A stretch of DNA of 51,922 nt from the NCBI RefSeq assembly GCF_001194135.2, contig NC_069001.1, positions 36,092,721 through 36,144,642 on the forward strand. The letters run 5' to 3'. Position numbers and translations under genes: made by a program. Shown here one piece after another: positions 1 through 12,548 of the stretch. Below the pieces are notes generated by a model. It was given only the letters and a program-made list of their open reading frames with translations. It had not been told where the DNA came from and made no database searches. The stretch comes from Octopus bimaculoides (lineage: Eukaryota). The first letter of the stretch is position 1, and each line of letters starts with the position of its first letter.

Positions 1-10
1 TATATATATA

Positions 11-168
11 GGCCAAGCTTCTTTCAGTTTCCTTCTACCAAATCCACTCAGAAGGCTTTGGTTGGCCCAAGGCTCTAATAGAAGACACTTGCCCAAGGTA
101 CCATGCAATGAGGCTGAACCTGGAACCATGTGGCTTAGAAGTAAGCATCTTACAACACAGCCATGCCT
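11..168 (-). mobile_element. SINE family A, tRNA-like head half
   Basis: Reverse complement of ggcatggctgtg..taag...ggttcag...accttgggcaagtgtcttcta...ggatttggtag..ggaaactgaaagaagc, with box A/B-like motifs. Confidence 0.8.
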
Positions 169-194
169 GTGTGTGGAGGAGGACATATTTATGT

Positions 195-565
195 TGTTTT
201 AAACGGTTTATTGTTGAATATTTTCAGTGACTTACACTGAAATGTCTATGGTGGTCAGTTTAAACATAATGGTTTTTATTGGATTATCCATTAAATATTT
301 ATGATTTCTATTCCAATATTTCCATTGATTTACAGTTAAACATCTCATTAGTTTAGTGTTAGATATTCTCATTGGTTTATGGTTAAATAGTTTCATTGAT
401 TTTTTAAAAAATATTTTCTTTGAATATTATCTTTAAATGCTCATGATTTATGATTAAATATTTTCATTGGTTTATGCTTGAATATTAACGAGTAATAATT
501 AAATATTCATAGTCTTTGATTAAAAATTTTCATTGGTTTATGGTTAAATATTTTCATTGATGGAT
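195..565. repeat. Degenerate ~24-bp AT-rich minisatellite
   Basis: Recurring ttttcattggtttatggttaaata and variants. Confidence 0.7.
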
Positions 566-899
566 TTGCTTCACTGTCTGCTCTGCAAAATACTGTCCAG
601 CCAATTAATGGCATGTTTCATATCAATATACCTTGATTCTTTATGGATCCTAAGAAGAGAAATATATATATATGTATACATATATATATATGTGTGTGTA
701 TATGGTAAATATATATACTGACAGGTCAAATTAGCCAAACCAAAAAGTGATTGAGTAGTCACTGCTGATAAGCCTGCAATTGATAGGCAAAACTAGTCTA
801 GTCCAGTGATCCTGAAGTTACTCATGGGATGGTTATATCTCCCCTGTCAATGTGTATGTGTGTGTGTATATATATATATGTGACAATAAAATTTTTCAC

Positions 900-935
<36 letters not shown>

Positions 936-967
936 ATATAATTAATATATATATTTACACTCACACA

Positions 968-1028
<61 letters not shown>

Positions 1029-1184
1029 GATACCACTAGCACAGTCCCAAATATCATATCTTCATTTGGTAATTGTTTTTAAATATTCAATGAAATCAGT
1101 TTCCCAAAGTCATCAAGAATTGCAGGGTTTGATTCTCAACAGGTGGCCACCTTTTTGCATTAAAAATCCTACCAACAGCATTCC

Positions 1185-1520
1185 ATTATTATTATTATTA
1201 TCATCATCATCATCATCATCATCATCATTATTATTAATATTATTATTATTATTATCATCATCATCATCATCATCATCATCATTATTATTAATATTATTAT
1301 TATTATTATCATCATCATCATCATCATCATCATTATTATTAATATTATTATTATTATCATCATCATCATCATCATCATTATTATTAATATTATTATTATT
1401 ATCATCATCATCATCATCATCATCATCATTATTATTATTATTATTATTATTATCATCATCATCATCATCATCATCATCATTATTATTAATATTATTATTA
1501 TTATTATTATTATCATCATT
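1185..1520. repeat. Compound (TTA)n(TCA)n higher-order repeat
   Basis: About 6 alternating blocks, most containing the ttaatattatt variant. Confidence 0.9.
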
Positions 1521-2802
1521 CAGCCTTTTTTACAAATGCTACCTTCCACTCCAACATGTCTGTACGCTGAGTTATTATTTATTCTTAGTTTAGCTCCACT
1601 ACCGATGCAGCTCACAATGGTTATGCTGCCAGCTTCCATAGAAGCTGATTATGCCTGCAACATTACACCAACTAATCATTCCTTTCGCAATTGATTAAAA
1701 GGAAAAAAAAAAAAAACGTAATAAACTAAAGAATTCCTCACCAAGTCAAAAATCCCCGTAGTGACTGGAACATTTGTTTAGCTTGTGCAGTCATGTGTTG
1801 GAACTGGTCAGTTTTATCTGTTCCTTTTGTTTTCACCTTTTTAATAGCATATTTCTTTGTTGAACTTTGCAATTTTGTTTTAGATTCCTCATTGAATTAA
1901 TTTAAATTAATCAAACAAATGGTTAAAAAAAAAAAAATTATAATGAAATAAATTAAAAATTAATCTGTTGCCTCAAAGTGTCATTTTTAAAAATGAGTTT
2001 TTAAAATATTTAAATAACCAATAAACCGAAAATAGAAAAAGGAATTACGTTTTTTTTTTTTTTTTATCAAAATCAAGAAGAAAATATTGCAATGGTAAAA
2101 GCATTAAACTCTTTACATTGAAATGGTTTTATCATGCTTAATACTTGATTAAATTAGCGTGTTGTTCCGGTGATGTTTCCCATACCAAAATATTATCAGA
2201 ATTTCTAGTGACAACATTCACATGGTTGTACCACCAGTTTCATGAAAATCGCCAAAAAATAAATTATTAAAATATAGAAAATGGAAAGAAAATATTAATA
2301 AAATGGGAATTAACACTAATGAATGAAGCAGTTTTATGAACACTCCAGTCGATTTCTAGCTGAGAAAACTGATTGAAATTTTTGTTTTTGCCAATCAATT
2401 GATATNNNNNNNNNNNNNNNNNNNNNNNNNNNNNNNNNNNNNNNNNNNNNNNNNNNNNNNNNNNNNNNNNNNNNNNNNNNNNNNNNNNNNNNNNNNNNNN
2501 NNNNNNNNNNNNNNNNNNNNNNNNNNNNNNNNNNNNNNNNNNNNNNNNNNNNNNNNNNNNNNNNNNNNNNNNNNNNNNNNNNNNNNNNNNNNNNNNNNNN
2601 NNNNNNNNNNNNNNNNNNNNNNNNNNNNNNNNNNNNNNNNNNNNNNNNNNNNNNNNNNNNNNNNNNNNNNNNNNNNNNNNNNNNNNNNNNNNNNNNNNNN
2701 NNNNNNNNNNNNNNNNNNNNNNNNNNNNNNNNNNNNNNNNNNNNNNNNNNNNNNNNNNNNNNNNNNGTAGTCTCCTTTAGAGAGACTTAGAAATATTAAT
2801 AA

Positions 2803-2871
<69 letters not shown>

Positions 2872-3030
2872 CAGATATATATATTATTTTGTTTTCCATA
2901 CTAGGAGTGAGTAGCCATGTTGATCCCTCTGCGGGAACCTGCCCCACCCTCCTCCCTCTGATAGCAATCTTCTCATCCCCAAACCTGAAGCTAACACCCC
3001 CACCTTCCCCAGGGTTTGTAGTCCTGCAAA

Positions 3031-3220
3031 CTTCATGGCAACCTCAATAGTGCACGTGGCATGTAGAAGAGCACCCAGCCCATAAAGTAAAAATGGTTGG
3101 CATTAAGAAAGGGCATCCAAAGCAGACTCTGGTGCTCAGCGCAGCCCATGGATGCATCGGTGGTTATCAAACTGTCCAACCCATACCAGCAAGGAACATG
3201 GACGTTAAATGATGTTGATG
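3031..3220 (+). mobile_element. SINE-like family C 3' part (ends ggacgttaaa(t/c)gatgatg)
   Basis: ggttggcattaagaaagggcatcc...caaactgtccaacccataccagca...ggacgttaaatgatg. Confidence 0.7.
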
Positions 3221-3349
3221 AGGAAAGAGAAATGCATGAATTTTACAATCCAATATCATTCACAGCCCAGAATGCATTTCCTCACAAGGCTTGCAGGAGA
3301 ATTTTTCCTGGAACTATTTCGGCAGTGTAAGGTCTGAAAGAAACCCATC

Positions 3350-3510
3350 ATGTATCATCATTATCATCATCATTTTGACACCTGTTGTCCAACATCTGTT
3401 GGAAGGTTTTACCAGGGCTGGTAAGCTGAGGGGCTGCACCAGACTCCAGTCTGATTTGGCATGGTTTCTACACCTGGATGCCCTTCCAAACACCAACCAC
3501 TCCAATGTGA
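3350..3510 (-). mobile_element. Family C 3' part
   Basis: (atc)n...ggctgcaccagactccagtctgatttggc...tttctacacctggatgcccttccaaacaccaaccactc. Confidence 0.7.
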
Positions 3511-3574
3511 GTGTGTGCGTATGTATGTATATATCTATGTATATATATATATATATATATATGAGAGAATGCTA

Positions 3575-3780
3575 AAGAGTTCATGACTTTAAGAGTATCT
3601 TGAAAGGCTTGGTTGGAGGCCCAACCTTTTGAGTTCTTTTACAGGGCTTAGAAAGACTGAAGGACCCCTGCAATAAGTTTGTGAATCTGAGAGGGGAATA
3701 TGTTGAACAAAATCATAATTAACAGAACCTCCTGTATTTTCTTTTACCAAAAGCCAGGAACTTTTCAGCATCCCTTCATA
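3575..3780 (+). mobile_element. Tc1/mariner (mariner-type) transposon 3' remnant with right TIR
   Basis: 3607-3722 reads AWLEAQPFEFF/LQGLERLKDPCNKFVNLRGEYVEQNHN* with one 1-nt frameshift, matching the mariner transposase C-terminus pattern (W...F..G...L..R..KC....G.YVE). It is followed by a TIR-like gccaggaacttttcagcatcccttca ending in TA (3779-3780). Confidence 0.8.
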
Positions 3781-3822
3781 TATGTATGTGTGTGTGTGTC
3801 TATGTGTGTGTCATTGTGTATG

Positions 3823-4010
3823 TGTTTGTCCTTTACCAAAGCTTGACAACTGGTGTTGCTTTGTTTACATCCTTACAACTTGACAGTTCAGCAAAATGCC
3901 AAATGGAACAAATATCATGCTCGAAATTTAAGTACTCATGTCAATTTGTTCAAGGTTGTGCCCCAGCATGGCCACAGCCCAATGACTGAAACAAGTAAAC
4001 AGATAAAATA
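3823..4010 (+). mobile_element. SINE family A, 3' half
   Basis: tttgtcc...gcttgacaac...gtttacatcc...ccagcatggccacagcccaatgactgaaacaagtaaa. Confidence 0.7.
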
Positions 4011-4544
4011 TAAATGTGACATTAGGTTCTTCTCGCATGACTTTCTAAACTCGGTGACAAATCAATGCTGGTTCGTTATCGATTAGTTTAATAACAAGAA
4101 CCATTATTAGTGACACAGCTATGGGCTTGAATTAGAAATCAAGAGGCACTTAAAAGGAACTAGCACACACAAAGAAAAAGAAAAAGAATGTCAAAACAAA
4201 TAAATAAATAATAACCGCCCCCCCCCCTTCCAGCTAGAGTAATTTCCTTTGGAAATATTGGTCCCGTGAAGCTTTGGTACTTGGGTGGGGGTGGAATTTT
4301 CACTTCATTATATAATAATTTAATTACTCGGGGTCGGTAGAGGCTGGAGAGGGAACTTGCATTAGATTTTTTTTTTTTTGTTGATTGCTGTCACCATCAT
4401 TAAAATAACGAGCCTTATGGTTATTACTCATTATAATTCGCATTACTATTAGTTATTAATATTATTGACATTATAATTATTGTTCTTGTTCTTGCTGTTA
4501 TTCTTCTTATTATTATTATAATTATAATTATTATTATTATTATT

Positions 4545-4772
4545 AAGGTGGCAAGTAGGACAGTGAGTTGGCAGAATCGTTAGCACGCCGGGCAAAATGC
4601 TTAGCGGTATTTCGTCTGTCTTTATATTCTCAGTTCAAATTCCGCCGAGGTTGACTTTGCTTTTCATCCTTTCGGGGTCAATAAATTAAGTACCAGTTGT
4701 GTACTGGGTCGATCTAATCAACTGGCCCTCTCCCCCAAAACTTGGGATCTTGTGCCTAGAGTAGAAAAGGAT
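4545..4772 (+). mobile_element. SINE family B (tRNA-like head, gcctttcatcctttcggggtc central block), in a (TTA)n array
   Basis: gagttggcagaatcgttagcacgccggg...gttcaaattccgccgaggttgactttgc.tttcatcctttcggggtcaataaattaagtaccag...cttgtgcctagagtagaaaagg. Confidence 0.85.
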
Positions 4773-4953
4773 ATTATTGACATTATAATTATTGTTCTTG
4801 TTGCTGCCGTTGTTGTTGTTGTTATTTTTATTATTATTATTATTATTATCATTATATTATTATTATTATATATCCCTTCCTCCTTCCAGCAAAATCGTTA
4901 ACCTTGTGGCAAAATTTGAAACGATTATTATAATTGTCGTTGTTGTTGTTGTT

Positions 4954-5066
4954 AAGGTGGCGATTAAGGCCGATAAAATAAATACCAGTTGAGTACTGGG
5001 GTCAATATATTCAACTCAACCCCCTCCTCTAAAATTTCCTGGCCTTGTGCCAAAATTTTGAAAACA
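4954..5066 (+). mobile_element. SINE family B, internally deleted
   Basis: aaggtggcga...gataaaataaataccagttgagtactggggtcaa...ggccttgtgccaaaatttt. Confidence 0.65.
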
Positions 5067-5240
5067 TTGTTATTATAATGATAATTGCTATTAATATTTT
5101 TATCTGATTCTTATGAATTTTGCTGCAAAGCAGTGACACCAAACAAATAGTAAAGAAACGATAAAAGAAAATATCAATTAAACAACTCGTTAAGGTTTTT
5201 CATTACAACTATTTTCATCTCACCATCACACACTCAAAAG

Positions 5241-5292
5241 GTGCTCTTTACCTGCCACTGGCATGGGTGCCAGTTACGTGACACCAGCATCA

Positions 5293-5296
<4 letters not shown>
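5241..5296 (-). mobile_element. Family C internal fragment
   Basis: gtgctctttacctgccactggcatgggtgccagttacgtgacaccagcatcagcca. Confidence 0.55.
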
Positions 5297-5362
<66 letters not shown>

Positions 5363-5371
5363 TATATATAC

Positions 5372-5527
5372 AATGGGCTTCTTTCAGTTTCTGTCTGCCA
5401 AATCCACTGACATGGCAACGCTTGGCCTGGCACCATTGTAAAAGGCACCTGTCAAAGGTGCTGCACAATGGCACTGAACCCCAAATCACATGGTTAGCAG
5501 TCAAGCTTCTTAACCACCCAGCCACGT
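5372..5527 (-). mobile_element. SINE family A head half (diverged)
   Basis: gggcttctttcagtttctgtctgccaaatccact...actgaaccc...cagcca. Confidence 0.7.
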
Positions 5528-5989
5528 ATGTACCTCTACAAATTCTTCTTATCTTCCCTTCTCCCACAAATTATTCTCTCCTCGCTTTTCCTACACTTCT
5601 TATCCCCCTGGGCCTGTTTAGAATGTTTCATGAGCCACTTCAATGACCTACCTACACCAATCCTTTAATTCATCACTACATCATTCTTAGTCCACACCTG
5701 TCTGTGATTAAATATTTGTCGGTCTTTTTTATTACTCATACCTGTCCTTCCAGCATCTCTTTTTGCTTCATCATTCAGGCCGTTGCCCACCTATTAAAAC
5801 CATTTTTTATACACCTGGTTACCCCCCTCTTCCTCCTCTTTTCTTTTATCTTGTTCTTCTATTCCCCTCCCCCTCGTCTCGTCCCCACCCCCTGGTACGT
5901 TCTTCAGGCTTGTTTGTTAAGTGCTGCCATCTTTGTTTCCTTTTTGCATTACTCACACACCTTTTTAATGGGGTTTTCTTTTAGAGAGA

Positions 5990-6172
5990 GAATGTGTATG
6001 CGTCTGTGTGTTTATATGTGTGAGTGTCTCTGTGTGTGTGTGTGTGTGTGCATGTGACCATGTATGTGCGCGCGTGTGTGTGTGTGTGTGTGCATGCATG
6101 TGAGCATAAGTGTGTATGTCTACAAATATATGTAAGTGCATATTTGTGTGGGCACGTATGTGTGTATGAGCA

Positions 6173-6239
<67 letters not shown>

Positions 6240-6590
6240 CTGCATGCATGTGAGAGTGAGTGTCTCTCTGAAAATGTATGTGCGTAAGTGTATATAGATG
6301 TGTGCATTTGTGTGAGCATGTATGTATGTATGAGTGTATATGTATGTGAATGCATATGCATGTGAGCCTTTGTGTGTGTGTGTGTGTGTGTGGAAATGTA
6401 AGTGTGAAGTGTATGATACATGTGAATTTGTACGCCTGTGTGTGCATTTGCGTATGCACGTGTGTGAGTGTAAATACATGTTTGTGTGTATGTGAGAACA
6501 TGCATGAGTGAAGATATGCATGTGAGACCATGTATGAGTAAAAGCATATATGTCTATGTGTGCATGTATGTGTGCGTAAGTGTGTGTGTG
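5990..6590. repeat. (TG)n/(TGTA)n-rich tract
   Basis: Direct reading. Confidence 0.9.
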
Positions 6591-7039
6591 AGTCTGAATA
6601 GCTAAAAACCTTATTAACAAAACTTTATTGGTGATCAGTTATCAACGATAAGAGATCAAAACCGATTCCGGCGAAATGTTGATGTAAATATCTCTCAAAA
6701 ACCGAAACCAAAAAATATTTCATCACTAATGATAAAGTTAACAGACCCCAAAATTATCATCTCATTAACCATAATTAATCTGAGATAATTAGAGATTTAC
6801 TACAAGTGCTTTTAAGCTATTTGTGTCAATAGATTTAAGTAGATTTTAGCGATTAGCGATTAGCATTTGTTGTTTAGCCCTAGGTCAGAAGTGATTTAGG
6901 AGTCCTGTGATCGAAAGGAATCTGATCATGATGATCTAGTCTTAGTTTCAGATAGTGTATAGGGAACAGTGTATCTAGGGCTACATCATTTTGAGTGATT
7001 GTACAAATGTGTGTGTGTGGGGGTTTGTGTATGTTTGTG

Positions 7040-7222
7040 TTTCCTTGTCTTGACATCATGTGTTAGTTGTAAATGAGTTTCACTGTTAAACAAGCAGTGT
7101 CATTCGTTTCCAGTATCCACTGAAAACATGTCTAGCCATAGAGGAATGTTACCTTACTTGGAAATGGATGAGGACTAGTCAGCAAATGGAGGAGCATCAT
7201 GCTGTAGAAAACCTGTCTCACA
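7040..7222 (+). mobile_element. Family C2 (variant sharing the gggcatcc/ggatgccc block)
   Basis: aaaacatgtctagccatagaggaatgttaccttacttggaaa...tgagg...gctgtagaaa; reverse homologues at 38720-38860 and 50430-50570. Confidence 0.55.
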
Positions 7223-7340
7223 AATACATAAACATACATATATACATTATAAATGATCACGTTATCTGGGGCAATGAAAATCTGGAAGATCTTAAGATAT
7301 AAAGTCACTTGCATCTCTGTAATATATATATATAAAACTT

Positions 7341-7664
7341 GGTACTCTGTCTCTTCTGATGACAAGGGTTCCAGTTGGTCCAATCAACAGAACAGCCTGC
7401 CTGTGAAATTAACATGCAAGTGGCTGAGCACTCCACAGACACGCGTACCCTTAACATAGTTCTCAGGGAGGTTCAGCATGACACAGAGCGTGACAAGGCT
7501 GGCCCCTTTTTTAATACAGGCACAACTCATTTTTGCCAGCTGAGTGGACTGGAACAACATGAAACAAAGGGCCTTGCTCAAGGACACAATGCACCGCTGG
7601 GAATTGAACTCGCAACCCTACGATTGTGAGCCCAGTACCCTTAACCACTAAGCCATGTGCTTTC
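7341..7664 (-). mobile_element. tRNA-derived SINE family E, full length
   Basis: Reverse complement starts gaaagcacaTGGCTTAGTGGttaagg...GAGTTCAATTCC (box A/B), then tgtgtccttgagcaagg...ccagtccactcagctggcaaaaatgagt. Confidence 0.85.
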
Positions 7665-8307
7665 TCGCACCTATATATATATATATGAATATGTATATTC
7701 ATATGTGTGCGTTTGTAGATATATATATGTGTATAAAAAAATACATATATACATACATAGATTTGAATATGTATATATATGTATATGTGTACATATATAT
7801 GTATATATATATATATGTGTGTGTGTGTTTATGTATGTATATATATTTGTATGTATGTATAAGTGTGTGTAGATATATATATAGTTAGGAATAGTAATGT
7901 AAAGATTTGAAGGTTACCATGTTATGTGTGTATGTGTTTGTAAATCTTTATATAGGTGTATATGTATGTGTGCAAGTATATGTATATATATGTGTGTGCA
8001 TGTGAGAATGTATATACATATGTATATGTATCTAAATATGTGAATGTGTGTGTGTGTGTGTGTGTGAAACAATAATATATCAATGAAAAGAATGTAATTA
8101 AGTATCTAGAGAGAAGTTAATGTTAGAGGTAACTGTGGTACCTACCGAAAGAGGTACCCCAGGGCAGAATCTTCGTTCCACACGGATTCCATGAGAAAAC
8201 AATAAGAAAAGAAAGAAGGAAAGATAAGAGCAGGAAGGAAGAAAGAAAAGAAAGAAAAAGAAAAGGTTTATACATACACAGACGTGTGTGTGTGTGTGCA
8301 CATGTGT

Positions 8308-8352
<45 letters not shown>

Positions 8353-8542
8353 TATTAATGTGTGTATGTCTATATATATATATATATATATATGCAGATA
8401 TATGTATGTATGTATATATGTGTGTTCATATATATGTATATATATACTTATACATATACATNNNNNNNNNNNNNNNNNNNNNNNNNNNNNNNNNNNNNNN
8501 NNNNNNNNNNNNNNNNNNNNNNNNNNNNNNNNNNNNNNNNNN

Positions 8543-8581
<39 letters not shown>

Positions 8582-8822
8582 TTGTTTATATATAACATAA
8601 ATGTATGTATGTACTTAGCGGCAAAGTAGTGTAAGAGTACAGATATCGTAGGGAAGAACGATGCCACACAATTCGGGAATAATAGAAAAAGTTAAAAAAA
8701 GAAAAACAGAAGGGTTGGGCAGAAGGAATTCAAAGTTTTTGTACAAATGTCAAGAGAAACAGAGAAAGGGAGTAGAAGCAAAGAGAGAGGGAGTAAGAAT
8801 AAAAAGAAATGCAGCAGCTGCG

Positions 8823-8855
<33 letters not shown>

Positions 8856-9661
8856 AACATTTTGAATGACTCTTATGAATGGAAGCCAAATGTAAAAAGG
8901 ATTTCAGTTTGTGTGAGTGTACGTGAATACATCTATCTCTAAATATGTGTGTATATGTGTGTGCATGTATATGTATGTATGTATGTATGTATACTCACAT
9001 ATATTATTACACAATACACATTTATCATTCTTTTCCATCTTTAACTTCTTGCAGTCATTGGAGTGCAGCCATGCCTTGATGGGTTTAGTCAAATAGATCT
9101 GGGAGGGAAGCAAAGATACGCACACGCACACAGACACACACACATGATAATACTAATAATAAATAAATAAAAAGACAGCCAAATGGGTGATAAGGTCTCA
9201 CTGCAGTGTTTCATGAGGAGAGTTCCTTACAATGTAACATTCTGCATTCAGTTTTGCATGACATGCAGCATTCATAGGGTTTATGCAATAATCTTATCAA
9301 TTATGATGATCCCAAACCATACCTTGACCTTCAACTAGGTACCCTTCGATCGGTATATATAGATAGATAGATAGATAGGTAAGTAGGTAGGTAGGTAGGT
9401 AAAACTTACTTGGAAGAGGATGCATGGCGTTCAATCATATAATAATATAAATAATATATATATTATTTATATATATATATTGTTGTTAAATGCACGAAAT
9501 ACGAGAGTAGAAAAACAGCCAACAACTGATGAAGGGTCGTTCTTTATGTTGTTTGTCTTGTTTTCCATTTGTGTCTTTCGTTGTTGGAAAAAATAGTTCA
9601 TATTCCATGTACTCGTACTTCGTATTCTTTTGTTGTACACGTTTCATACGTACATACATTA

Positions 9662-9812
9662 CTGGCTTTCACTTTTTGCCTACCAGGTCTATTCATGAAA
9701 TTTTGGTTGACCCAGGGCTATAGTAGAAGACATATGCTCAAGATACCATATGCAGTGGGACTGAACTTAAAACCATGTAGTTGGAAAACAAGTTCCTCAC
9801 AACACAGCCACA
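9662..9812 (-). mobile_element. SINE family A head half (diverged)
   Basis: gggctatagtagaagaca...gcagtgggactgaac...acacagccac. Confidence 0.7.
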
Positions 9813-9952
9813 TCAGCCACTACACAGAATATATCTGTCTTTGTATATGGGCATGTGTATATACATACATAGATATATATATATCTATAAAAATTAACAG
9901 AATGAGATAAAAAATCCAAGGCTATGAATAGTTTTCAGAACATTTATAAAGA

Positions 9953-10000
9953 GAAGGTCTTACAGCTGTTTCCAGGATATTTTATATATCCCTTCATCAT
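9953..10000 (-). ncRNA. Truncated hammerhead-like motif (GAAAC-AGCT-GTA variant)
   Basis: Reverse complement reads aTGATGA A gggatat-ataaa-atatcct G GAAAC agct GTA agacc. The C3 position is A, and the 5' stem I strand is replaced by microsatellite. Confidence 0.45.
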
Positions 10001-10357
10001 ATCACACACACACACACATATATATATGTCACATATATATGTAATGTATATGTATATATATTTATATATATGAGTGAGTGAACAAAAGTATCATTGAACT
10101 AAGATGATAGGATATCACATATAATTTTTAATAACAGTCTGATTCAGTTTCACCTGACTTAAATTTTCATAGGTGCACAGGTCACACAGACGCACACACA
10201 AAACCACACACAGACAGATATATATATATATAAACTCAAATTAGACAATCATACTCATACATTTTAGCAGTGCTATATATTTCATAATAAAGAAAAATAA
10301 TACATATATATGTATATGTATATATGTGTATATATATACATATATATATATACATAC

Positions 10358-10388
<31 letters not shown>

Positions 10389-11431
10389 NNNNNNNNNNNN
10401 NNNNNNNNNNNNNNNNNNNNNNNNNNNNNNNNNNNNNNNNNNNNNNNNNNNNNNNNNNNNNNNNNNNNNNNNNNNNNNNNNNNNNNNNNNNNNNNNNNNN
10501 NNNNNNNNNNNNNNNNNNNNNNNNNNNNNNNNNNNNNNNNNNNNNNNNNNNNNNNNNNNNNNNNNNNNNNNNNNNNNNNNNNNNNNNNNNNNNNNNNNNN
10601 NNNNNNNNNNNNNNNNNNNNNNNNNNNNNNNNNNNNNNNNNNNNNNNNNNNNNNNNNNNNNNNNNNNNNNNNNNNNNNNNNNNNNNNNNNNNNNNNNNNN
10701 NNNNNNNNNNNNNNNNNNNNNNNNNNNNNNNNNNNNNNNNNNNNNNNNNNNNNNNNNNNNNNNNNNNNNNNNNNNNNNNNNNNNNNNNNNNNNNNNNNNN
10801 NNNNNNNNNNNNNNNNNNNNNNNNNNNNNNNNNNNNNNNNNNNNNNNNNNNNNNNNNNNNNNNNNNNNNNNNNNNNNNNNNNNNNNNNNNNNNNNNNNTT
10901 TCTGTAATTATTATTTATTTTTTATCTCATTTTACTTTATTTTCTCCTTGTCTTTTTTTTTTCTTTTTTATGGTTTCTTTATTTGTCATTTCTGAACTTT
11001 AATCTTACTGCCATGCACCCCCGCTTCCTCAAACACCCTCCCATCAAAACCACACACACTCACATACATACACACACACACATACATACACACACACACG
11101 TGGCTATGCATATACACGCATAAAATACTCAAATCGATGCATTTTGTGCTACAAGTGAAAAATAAAACTAGGACTATGGTTATGAATTTTATTTCGCTTT
11201 TTACCTTTTCTATTCACCTTAATAATAATAATAACAATAATAATGATGATAATGATAATAATAATAATAAATAGTAATAATAAAGATAAAGTTGCCTTAC
11301 ATTATATTCATTTGGAAGCTGTAACTCTTCCAAAGTACTATTTATTGTACAGATCATAAAACGGTAAAAGACGAACGATAAAAAGAAAAATAATGATTTT
11401 AAAAAAAGGGGGGAAAAAAGTAAAAGTGTGG

Positions 11432-11463
<32 letters not shown>

Positions 11464-11664
11464 GGTAGTGGTGGTGGTGGTGGTTGTGGGTGGGGAGGAC
11501 GTGCTATTCATAAAACCTGAATGAAGGGGATTTTTAAACTGAACACAGAAGCAAGGAAGTAGGAGGAGAAGGGTAAAGAGTAGGAGGAGGTGAAAGCAGA
11601 AAGTGCAGAAAAAGCTAGAAAACTAGCTGTATGTCTGCAGGCATGAATGTATGCATGCATATAT

Positions 11665-11850
11665 ATCATCATCATCATCATCATCATCGTTTAACGTCCG
11701 CTTTCCATGCTAGCATGGGTTGGACGATTTGACTGAGGACTGGTGAAACCGGAGGGCAACACCAGGCTCCAATCTAAATTTGGCAGAGTTTCTACAGCTG
11801 GATGCCCTTCCTAACGCCAACCACTCAGAGAGTGTAGTGGGTGCTTTTAC

Positions 11851-11851
<1 letters not shown>
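11665..11851 (-). mobile_element. Family C, well preserved 3' part
   Basis: (atc)n gtttaacgtccgctttccatgctagcatgggttggacg...ggatgcccttcctaacgccaaccactc...gtgcttttacg. Confidence 0.85.
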
Positions 11852-11889
<38 letters not shown>

Positions 11890-12252
11890 TACGTATATAT
11901 ATAGTGAGAGAGAGAGAGAGAGACCAGGTGGTATGAGATGTGACTGAATTTATTAAACCACTTGTCATCCTAAGGATTACAGCTGTTTCACAGCCTTCTT
12001 CATGTAGTAATAGTTTCAGTGTATGATAAATTCTATTTGACATGGCTGAACTAATATGCGTGCTCAGCATTATACAATACAATTGTATATTCGCAGACCA
12101 ATGCAGATAAAGGAAGCTAACTCATCAGATCACTAGAGTATCACAGTTACATTAATGCTTTAGATTTAGCTGGGTCCACCAGAGGATCTTTCCATCATAG
12201 CCCCATGATCCTATGAATCTATATATTACACTACAAATGTATAATATGTATG

Positions 12253-12380
12253 TGGTGGCACAATGGCCTAGTGATTAGGGCAGCAGACTCGTGTTCATAG
12301 GATCACAGTTTCGATTCCCAGACCGGACATTGTGAATGTTTATTGAGCAAAAACACCTAAAACCTCCACAAGGCTCCACC
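12253..12380 (+). mobile_element. tRNA-like SINE head, truncated
   Basis: ggcacaaTGGCCTAGTGAttagggcagcagactcg...gtttcgattcccagaccgg...ttgagcaaaaacacc. Confidence 0.65.
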
Positions 12381-12548
12381 ATATATGTGTGTGTGTGTGT
12401 GTGTATATATATATACACACACACACACATATATGTATATATATAATATAAATTTAAATATTAAGGGTAAAAAATTGATATTAATTTGATTAATATCAAT
12501 TTAAACCAGTGGCCTAGCATATTGAAAAAAATCTGAAGATTCAGAAAT

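Noticed and set aside
1066-1593. 175-aa Leu/Ser ORF, and similar poly-amino-acid ORFs throughout
   Set aside because: These are stop-free microsatellite frames (TTA/TCA, TA, TG, CA, CT).
9520-9560. CTGATGAAGGG as a hammerhead core (similar CTGATGA at 7356 and 28652)
   Set aside because: No stem II or GAAA follows.
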